Shown here: positions 56,950-64,000 of the stretch, piece after piece
Numbering within the stretch: the stretch's first letter is position 1
Layout: each line of letters begins with the position of its first letter
Virus record (IMG/VR): IMGVR_UViG_3300043803_000118
Location: 6,480-70,479 of that record
Direction: 5' to 3' (one strand)
From: a virus
Taxonomy: Duplodnaviria; Caudoviricetes
Length of the DNA stretch: 64,000 nucleotides
Made by a program: the position numbers and the translations under genes
Notes under the pieces: generated by a model
The model's database searches: none
What the model saw: the letters and a program-made list of their open reading frames with translations, nothing else
Told to the model about the DNA's origin: nothing

Positions 56950-57739
56950 AGGATTTGTAATATTAGCACAGAATACTGAATTCGTGAATTATGTCAAGTG
57001 CGCAGAAGTATTAGCGGGAAGCATAAAAAAACATATGCCCAATGCTAATATTTCATTGATAAGTGATGATGTGGATGACGCAAAGAATTTTGATCAAGTA
57101 ATAGCATTACCATATGGTGATTTGGATCCTATAGGTAATTGGAAACTAGTCAATGACTGGCAAGTATATGAAGCAAGCCCGTACGAATACACTATCAAGT
57201 TAGAAGCAGACATGTTCTTGCCGAAATCTGTAGATTACTGGTGGGATACTTTGATGCATAGAGATGTAGTATTGTGTTCAACTATCAGAAATTTTCGTCA
57301 AGACATAAGCAAGGAAAGATTCTATCGTAGATTCATCGATGAGAATAAACTTCCTGATGTTTATAATGCTATAACTTATTTTAAGAAAAGCGAAACCGCT
57401 GAACATTTTTTTAAGTTAGTTCGATTCATCTTTGAGAATTGGCCTGCAATAAGGGGAACATTGAAGTGTAACTCAAATGAGCCGGCTACTACAGACTGGG
57501 TTTATGCTTATGCCGCACACATCATGGGCCCAGAAAAAGTAACGTTACCTGGATACAAAGATTTGTCCATGGTACACATGAAGCAATGGGTTAACGGATT
57601 GCCAAGCGAAGACTGGACTCAGATATTGATATACGAAGCGTTACCAGAAGTTTTACGCATCAATACAGTGCCTCAGATATATCCTTTTCACTATCATGTG
57701 AAAACTTTTGCTGATAAACTAGAGAATTGCTATGAGTGA
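56942..57739 (+). CDS. Glycosyltransferase-like protein (GT-A fold, ExD variant), paralogue of the previous gene
   Basis: KGFVILAQN, SPYEYTIKLEADM, Y.A.TYFKKS, TD..YA, HMK, PFHYH.K. Confidence 0.7.
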   Translation: MDKGFVILAQNTEFVNYVKCAEVLAGSIKKHMPNANISLISDDVDDAKNFDQVIALPYGDLDPIGNWKLVNDWQVYEASPYEYTIKLEADMFLPKSVDYWWDTLMHRDVVLCSTIRNFRQDISKERFYRRFIDENKLPDVYNAITYFKKSETAEHFFKLVRFIFENWPAIRGTLKCNSNEPATTDWVYAYAAHIMGPEKVTLPGYKDLSMVHMKQWVNGLPSEDWTQILIYEALPEVLRINTVPQIYPFHYHVKTFADKLENCYE

Positions 57740-58079
57740 AACACAAGATTACGTATTAGTTTTTGAGGCTCCAAAAATAGAAGCACCTGAGTTTCGTCTT
57801 TACTATGATGAAGAAACCGGTAAAGTATTATTCTATACTTGCGAAAAGCCTGAAGGAAAGTTCATCGTCATCGATAGCATTACCTTTGCCTGCGCAAGGC
57901 AGGATGTAAGAGTAATAGATGGCAAATTATCAACAGTAAATCCGTCATCTATCATCAGCAAATTAAAACTAACTGAATCTGATGGTGTAAAATGTTTGAT
58001 AGAGGATATAAGCATCATTGCAGATGAAGATAGTACAGATGTTCAAACATGGAAATTGCTAACATATGAGTTACGATGA
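57732..58079 (+). CDS. Hypothetical protein (115 aa)
   Basis: Overlaps both neighbours; EFRLYYDE.TG motif. Confidence 0.65.
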   Translation: MSETQDYVLVFEAPKIEAPEFRLYYDEETGKVLFYTCEKPEGKFIVIDSITFACARQDVRVIDGKLSTVNPSSIISKLKLTESDGVKCLIEDISIIADEDSTDVQTWKLLTYELR

Positions 58080-59019
58080 TCTTATAGATGTCGCTGACTT
58101 AGATTGCATATATCTAAGTTATGATGAGCCACAAAAAGAAGAATTTTGGATAAAAATTAAGAACATGGTTCCCTACGCTAAACGAGTTGACGGCGTTAAG
58201 GGAAGTGATGCCGCACATAAAGCGGCCGCTGAAGCAAGCGATACAGAAAGATTCATACTCATCGATGGGGATAATATGCCTAATGAAGATTTCTTCAATC
58301 TTCAATTAGATTTTCGTGGGCTAGATGAGTCATATAAAAAAGCACAGTTTCGTTGGAAGGCTATTAATAATATAAATGGCTTGCGTTATGGAAATGGCGG
58401 CATGAGTTCATGGACAAAAGATTATGTCTTTAACATGAAGACGCATGAACATACAGATGGTAGCACAGCGACACAAGTTGATTTTTGCATGGATAGCGCA
58501 GATAGTCTATATTGGGCTATGAATGATTGCTATAGCACTACTTACCCTAATCAAACTCCGTTTCAAGCATGGCGTGCAGGCTTTCGTGAAGGGGTCAAGA
58601 TGGTACTTGACCGCGGTGCTAGACCTACTGTAGATGACTTCAAAAACCGTGTGGCTACGAGAAATCTAAATAATCTCACGATATGGCATAATGTAGGCAT
58701 GGATGTTGAGAATGGTGATTGGGCTATTTACGGAGCAAGGTTGGGGACACATATGACTTTGCTCACTGATTGGGATCATAAACAAGTCATGTGGTTTGAT
58801 ACATTACACAGAATGTGGGATGGAATCTTCAGACACATGAGACCCCTCATTGAGGGTGATCGAATCGGAAATATATTGAAGGACAAACTCGACTTACCTA
58901 TCTGTCGTCTTGATGCCGAACAAAGTAAATTTTTCAAAAGACACTATAATGCTGACAAGCATAATATAGGTCCTCTTGTGAAAGAGATGGATGTCATCAG
59001 GAAGATAGAAGGCTGGTAA
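58066..59019 (+). CDS. Glycosyltransferase-like protein
   Basis: D..YLSYDEP, RVDGVKGSDAAHKAAA, FILIDGDN (DxD), NGL.YGNGG, AWRAGFREGVKM. Confidence 0.65.
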   Translation: MSYDDLIDVADLDCIYLSYDEPQKEEFWIKIKNMVPYAKRVDGVKGSDAAHKAAAEASDTERFILIDGDNMPNEDFFNLQLDFRGLDESYKKAQFRWKAINNINGLRYGNGGMSSWTKDYVFNMKTHEHTDGSTATQVDFCMDSADSLYWAMNDCYSTTYPNQTPFQAWRAGFREGVKMVLDRGARPTVDDFKNRVATRNLNNLTIWHNVGMDVENGDWAIYGARLGTHMTLLTDWDHKQVMWFDTLHRMWDGIFRHMRPLIEGDRIGNILKDKLDLPICRLDAEQSKFFKRHYNADKHNIGPLVKEMDVIRKIEGW

Positions 59020-60422
59020 TGAGTTACGAAATAGACAGAATAAAACAGATAAAGATCGTAGTAGAAAATGAAGCGACTCCTACATTCTGTTTAGCAAAGT
59101 GGCATCATGTCACAATGTACCTACAATCAGGCGAGACACATAGTTGCTATCACCCTAGACCTCACAAGATTCCATTAGAAGAACTTGTAGACAATCCTAG
59201 CGCACTACATAACACAAAAGAGAAAAAACTAGAGCGTAAGATGATGCTTGAGGGTAAAAGACCTGAAGGCTGTCAATATTGCTGGAACGTAGAAGACATG
59301 GGTCCTGATTATGTGAGTGATAGACATATCAGAAATGCCAGTATACACACTGAAGAACGTTTTGAACAATGTGCTAAAGGTAGCCATGAGCAAAACATCA
59401 ATCCAGAATATCTAGAAATCAATTTCGGTAATGACTGTAATTTCAAGTGCGGTTACTGTCATCCTAAGTACAGCACAAGTTTCTATAACGAGATCAAGCA
59501 AAATGGCCCTGTGACTTCAGTAAAGAATCACCGTTGTGATATCGATTGGATGAAGTTATATCAGCGTGAAGAAGAAAATCCCTATGTTGATGCGTTCTGG
59601 AAATGGTGGCCCGAACTACGTAAGACATTAACGATCATGCGTATCACGGGCGGCGAACCAACAATGCACCGTAGTACATACCGAGTCATTGAAGAACTGG
59701 ACAAAGATCCAGCACCATGGCTTGAGTTAAATGTTAATAGCAACCTTGGAACTAAGACTGCTTTAGTTGAGAAACTAGCAAGTTCTGTAAGGAAATTATG
59801 CGATGAAAATAAGATACGCAGTTTCAAGTTATTCTCAAGCATTGATACATGGGGCAATAGAGCCGAATATATCAGAACGGGAATGGACATAGGATTGTGG
59901 GAGAAAAACCTACACACCTATCTCACATTGACCAATAGCCCTGTTACTTTCATGATCACATTCAACATTTTTAGCGTGACTACATTTAAATCATTGCTTG
60001 AAAAGTTGTTAGAATGGCGCGGTATGTATGACTGGTATGATGATCCAGTCAATCCCCAACATCGTGTTAGATTTGATACTCCTTATCTACGCGAACCCCT
60101 CCAGTACGATATGAACATACTCCCTAAAGATGAGTTCATGCCGTACATGGAGGAATCTTTAAAGTTCATGGAAGAAAACGTAGACGACAAGTCCAGCAAG
60201 AAATTTAGTTCAATCGAATATGAAAAGTTCAAACGTGTAGTAGATTACATGCGTGAGACTTACTATAGCGAAGAAAAATTGATTGAAGGTCGCAGAGATT
60301 TTTATAACTGGTTCAATGAACTAGACGAACGTAGAGACACAAATATGCTTGATGTATTTCCTGAAATGATGAATTTCTACAGATTGTGTCAAGAAACAAA
60401 TAGGCTCAATCCATTACCATGA
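59019..60422 (+). CDS. Radical SAM protein with N-terminal twitch-like domain (copy 1)
   Basis: FCLAKW..HSCYH..CQYCW; CNFKCGYC; TGGEP; NSNL; SID; LDERR....FPEM. Confidence 0.9.
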   Translation: MSYEIDRIKQIKIVVENEATPTFCLAKWHHVTMYLQSGETHSCYHPRPHKIPLEELVDNPSALHNTKEKKLERKMMLEGKRPEGCQYCWNVEDMGPDYVSDRHIRNASIHTEERFEQCAKGSHEQNINPEYLEINFGNDCNFKCGYCHPKYSTSFYNEIKQNGPVTSVKNHRCDIDWMKLYQREEENPYVDAFWKWWPELRKTLTIMRITGGEPTMHRSTYRVIEELDKDPAPWLELNVNSNLGTKTALVEKLASSVRKLCDENKIRSFKLFSSIDTWGNRAEYIRTGMDIGLWEKNLHTYLTLTNSPVTFMITFNIFSVTTFKSLLEKLLEWRGMYDWYDDPVNPQHRVRFDTPYLREPLQYDMNILPKDEFMPYMEESLKFMEENVDDKSSKKFSSIEYEKFKRVVDYMRETYYSEEKLIEGRRDFYNWFNELDERRDTNMLDVFPEMMNFYRLCQETNRLNPLP

Positions 60423-61654
60423 ATCTAACTACTGAACAAAAACAAGAACTATTAACTACAAACAAAAGTTTTTGTATGCTGCCGTGGATCAGTATGCATG
60501 TCACCCCTACGGGTGTAGCGACACCTTGTTGTATAGGTAATCAGATTCATCCAGTAGGTAATGCTAATCAGATGTCATTGATGGAACTAGTCAATAGCGA
60601 AGCCATGAATGATTTAAGAAGAGACATGCTAGAGGGTACCAAGAACCCTATATGTAGCGCATGTCATAGACATGAAGAGCAAGGCATTTATAGTTTTAGA
60701 CAGAACATCAACGAGATGTTTGGAAAATACACAGATGAGGTATTGTCTGCCACTGACATCACAGGTGAATTGGGTCAGTTCAAGATGCGCTATTTTGATC
60801 TACGATTGAATAATATATGTAACATGAAATGTCGTACATGTAACAGTCATTATAGCAGTCAATGGGAGAATGAAGATGCTAAACAAGGAAGATCCCTGAT
60901 CACTATACAAAAAGAGAATCGTAGCAAATATGTTGATGATATATTGACACACGTACAGCATATCGACATGGCTTATTTTGCTGGCGGAGAGCCATTGATC
61001 ACAGAAGAGCATTATATAATGCTTGAAGAGATGATCAAGTTGGGTAGGACAGACATCAGACTTAGATACAATACTAACCTCAGTAATCTAAAATACAAAG
61101 ATAAAGACCTACTTGATTTATGGAGACACTTTGATAAAAAGATAGAAGTCTATGCAAGCATAGATGATTTTGGAAAAAGAGCAGAATACATACGATCAGG
61201 TACTGTATGGGAACAGATAGAACAAAATTTTAGAAGAGTTAAAAGCGTACCCTATATAACTATGCAGATCAATAGTGTATTGAGTATTTTTAATTTCACT
61301 ACGTTCGGTGAGTTTTATCATTACTTGTTGGATAACAAATTGTATGAACCCACAGATAGCGTGAACTACATATATAACATGATCAGCCCGGTACATATTG
61401 CCGCATTAGCCTTACCCGTGCATTTGAAATTACAAGGCATAGAAGGCCTTGAAAGCGTGATAAGAAGAATGAATGATATGGGTTTTAAAAGAGAGCATAT
61501 GCAAACATTAGTCGATGCTAAAAAATGGGTATTAGCAGAAAACACCTGGGATCAGCATAAAAAAGAATTTCAAGAAGAGACGAATAGATTAGACAATATA
61601 CGTGAAGAAAAGTTCGCTGACGTATTTCCAGAATTAGCAGAGTTGATGGAATGA
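60419..61654 (+). CDS. Radical SAM protein with N-terminal twitch domain (copy 2)
   Basis: FCMLPW..PCC..CSAC; CNMKCRTC; AGGEP; YNTN; SID; LD.IR....FPEL. Confidence 0.9.
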   Translation: MNLTTEQKQELLTTNKSFCMLPWISMHVTPTGVATPCCIGNQIHPVGNANQMSLMELVNSEAMNDLRRDMLEGTKNPICSACHRHEEQGIYSFRQNINEMFGKYTDEVLSATDITGELGQFKMRYFDLRLNNICNMKCRTCNSHYSSQWENEDAKQGRSLITIQKENRSKYVDDILTHVQHIDMAYFAGGEPLITEEHYIMLEEMIKLGRTDIRLRYNTNLSNLKYKDKDLLDLWRHFDKKIEVYASIDDFGKRAEYIRSGTVWEQIEQNFRRVKSVPYITMQINSVLSIFNFTTFGEFYHYLLDNKLYEPTDSVNYIYNMISPVHIAALALPVHLKLQGIEGLESVIRRMNDMGFKREHMQTLVDAKKWVLAENTWDQHKKEFQEETNRLDNIREEKFADVFPELAELME

Positions 61655-62862
61655 GAAAACCTATAGATAAAGATGTTGTATGCTTGATGCCGTGGATACA
61701 CATGCATATATGGCCTAACGGCAACACTTTTCCCTGTTGCATGAGCGATAGCAATGAAGTGTTCGGCAACGTATACAAAGAGAACATCAATAAACTAATC
61801 AATAATGATAAGTTCAACGAGTTGCGTAGACAGATGTTGAACGGTGAAAAGCCCAAAGCATGTACACGCTGTTATGAACTAGAGACGAGCGCAGATAGTT
61901 GGACATTACGTAAGAACAGTTTAGTTAGTTTCGAGAAGCATATGGATCTGTTTGATAAGACAAACGAAGACGGGTCCATCGATGATTACAAGATGTATTA
62001 CATGGATATACGTTTCAGCAATTTGTGTAATATGAAATGCAGGACGTGCGGACCAGAACTAAGCAGTAGTTGGTATGAAGATCAAGTAAAGATGCATCCA
62101 GACTACCCTAAGTCAAAGTTTATTGACTTGAAGAACAACCCATTCTTCATGGATGACTTATTGCCGCATTTGAACTATGTAGAAGAAGTTTACTTTGCGG
62201 GCGGTGAAGCACTGATAACACCACAGCACTACCAAGTACTTGACTATTGGCTAGAGAAGGGTAGAACAGATGTAAGATTACGCTACACCACTAACTTTAG
62301 CGCATTAAAGTTGAAAGACAAATCTATATTAGATTATTGGAAGATGTTCAAGGATGTGAGGGTGGCAGCAAGTTTAGATACGTATGGTGACAGAGCAGAG
62401 TATTCTCGCAGTGGTACAGATTGGGATCGCATCGTTAAGAACCGCAGACAGATGATCGAGAGTTGCCCTGACGTATATTTTGAGATCACTCCGACTGTTA
62501 GCGTGTTCAGCGTACATAGTTTGTTTGATTTTCATAGAACATGGGTGGAACAAGAATTGTTGAATATCGACAATATTCGTGTCAATATATTAACACATCC
62601 AAGATACTTTAGCATCACTATGCTTACACCTGAACAAAAACGAGAAGTGCATGAATTATATGACCGTTACATAAAATGGTTAGAAGATAATAGTGCGCAA
62701 CCACAGACTATACACGCAGTAAAGGGTATAGTTGACTATATGGATAGCGCGAATCACATAGATTTAATACCTGAATTTAAAAATGTGATAACTAAGATAG
62801 ACATCTTAAGAGATGAATCTTTACTAGATATTTTTCCGGAGTTGAAGCCATTATGGACATAA
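61651..62862 (+). CDS. Radical SAM protein with N-terminal twitch domain (copy 3)
   Basis: CLMPW..PCC..CTRC; CNMKCRTC; AGGEA; YTTN; SLD; ID.LR....FPEL. Confidence 0.9.
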   Translation: MRKPIDKDVVCLMPWIHMHIWPNGNTFPCCMSDSNEVFGNVYKENINKLINNDKFNELRRQMLNGEKPKACTRCYELETSADSWTLRKNSLVSFEKHMDLFDKTNEDGSIDDYKMYYMDIRFSNLCNMKCRTCGPELSSSWYEDQVKMHPDYPKSKFIDLKNNPFFMDDLLPHLNYVEEVYFAGGEALITPQHYQVLDYWLEKGRTDVRLRYTTNFSALKLKDKSILDYWKMFKDVRVAASLDTYGDRAEYSRSGTDWDRIVKNRRQMIESCPDVYFEITPTVSVFSVHSLFDFHRTWVEQELLNIDNIRVNILTHPRYFSITMLTPEQKREVHELYDRYIKWLEDNSAQPQTIHAVKGIVDYMDSANHIDLIPEFKNVITKIDILRDESLLDIFPELKPLWT

Positions 62863-64000
62863 ATCATGTCATCTACGCAGTACCAAAAGTACCAGAAGAC
62901 GTAAGCAGTGAGTTTAGAATCGACTGGCTTACTCAGAACCTACGTAGGTTCTGCATATTACCGTGGTTGAATCTTAACACGAATCCCAATGGCAACGTCA
63001 AGTTATGCTGTTCTATCGCTATGGATCACTTTGTGCATAGAGATGGCGGCAGACCCTTCAATCTAGGATATGATGATATCGAAGAGATTTGGAATAGTTT
63101 CTACATGCAAAATGTCAGAAATTTGCATAGGCAGAACAACGGCGCTATGGAGTGCGGTGACTGCTATAACATTGAAAAAGTATCCGGTCACAGCCCTAGA
63201 AAGGGTCAGAATCTACTATGGACTGAGAGAAAGAAAAAAGATAGCGAATTAAGCGACTATCTGATCAATGTATCAAATGAGGAGTTGATGTCAAGCACAG
63301 ATATACTTCCTTTAAGTCTAGAATTAAGATTGGGTAATCAATGTAATTTGAAATGCGTCACATGTTGGGGCATGAGCAGTTCATTGATTCAAGAAGAACG
63401 CAAAGAGATGTTAAGTTCAGGATTATTATTGAAGAATAATCTAGGCTGGCTACATAATCGTTGGCAAGAAGAAACAGACAACGTAGATCAAGCCGACGTT
63501 AAAGAATGGTATGAAACAGAAACATTTTATAACAACTTCAAAAAGATGGCTCCTAAACTACGTCGCCTATACACCACTGGTGGTGAGCCTACATTGATCA
63601 AAGCCAACTATCGAATGTTGGAAGAGTTGATCGAAGCAGGAAACACAGATTGTCGTATCGAATTCACTAGCAACATGACTACATGGAACCCCAAGTTCTA
63701 TGAAGCGTTGAGCAAGTTTGAGAACGTAGAAATTCAGATGAGTATCGATGGCGTAGGCCCTGTAGCAGAATATATCAGATATGGAACTGAATGGGAAAAC
63801 GTAAAAGAAAACGTTTACAAGGTCGTACAGATGGCAAGCACACGCCCTAATTGGAGAGTAGTGACATATACTGTATTGCAAGCATTGAACTATCAATATA
63901 TCACAGAGATATGGGCATTGCTAGGAGACGTAGCATTTGTGAATTGCAAGCGCATAGATTGGTGGCCTATCACATTGACTCATCCTCCTTATCTTGGATT
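62853..64000 (+). CDS. Radical SAM protein with N-terminal twitch domain (copy 4, truncated by window edge)
   Basis: Not in the ORF track. MDINHVIYAVPK..FCILPW..KLCC..CGDC; CNLKCVTC; TGGEP; FTSN; SIDG. Confidence 0.88.
   Translation, partial: MDINHVIYAVPKVPEDVSSEFRIDWLTQNLRRFCILPWLNLNTNPNGNVKLCCSIAMDHFVHRDGGRPFNLGYDDIEEIWNSFYMQNVRNLHRQNNGAMECGDCYNIEKVSGHSPRKGQNLLWTERKKKDSELSDYLINVSNEELMSSTDILPLSLELRLGNQCNLKCVTCWGMSSSLIQEERKEMLSSGLLLKNNLGWLHNRWQEETDNVDQADVKEWYETETFYNNFKKMAPKLRRLYTTGGEPTLIKANYRMLEELIEAGNTDCRIEFTSNMTTWNPKFYEALSKFENVEIQMSIDGVGPVAEYIRYGTEWENVKENVYKVVQMASTRPNWRVVTYTVLQALNYQYITEIWALLGDVAFVNCKRIDWWPITLTHPPYLG

Noticed and set aside
55838-58079. Small ORFs as RiPP precursor peptides for the radical SAM array
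   Set aside because: They look like globular 100-115 aa proteins with no leader/core pattern, and no RRE/PqqD domain is evident; not fully excluded because the operon continues past the window.
762-63896. Many 60-290 aa ORFs antisense to or overlapping long genes (e.g. 11215..12090, 7866..8402, 54083..54811, 63070..63252, 63567..63896)
   Set aside because: Shadow ORFs from codon bias of the real genes (Pro/Leu/Phe-rich mirror translations); no motifs or SD sites.
1-64000. Stop-codon reassignment
   Set aside because: Genes are full length under the standard code; TAA, TAG and TGA all terminate genes at sensible positions.

Overview
This 64-kb window is part of a large T4-like myophage genome (standard genetic code, AT-rich, almost fully coding). 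From left to right it carries: two paralogous Asn/Gly-rich repetitive fibre-like genes; a degenerate HNH gene; the head module on the minus strand (major capsid gp23, scaffold, protease gp21, acidic core protein, portal gp20); and a tape-measure protein carrying an amidase domain. Next come a gp26/gp51-like pair apparently linked by a programmed -1 frameshift and a ~420-nt highly structured non-coding region. These are followed by a recombination operon (resolvase, gp46, gp47, late sigma gp55) interrupted by radical-SAM, SDR and sulfotransferase genes, and a baseplate module (gp48/54-like, gp53, hub, gp5, gp25, gp6, a 6540-aa giant protein, fibre genes). The window ends in a late-promoter-preceded cluster of three glycosyltransferase-like genes followed by at least four tandem N-terminal-twitch radical SAM genes running off the edge. 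T4-type late promoter cores (A/C)TAAATA precede many genes; several sit exactly 5 nt before an ATG, implying leaderless mRNAs. All functional calls come from motif recognition by eye; no database searches were run.
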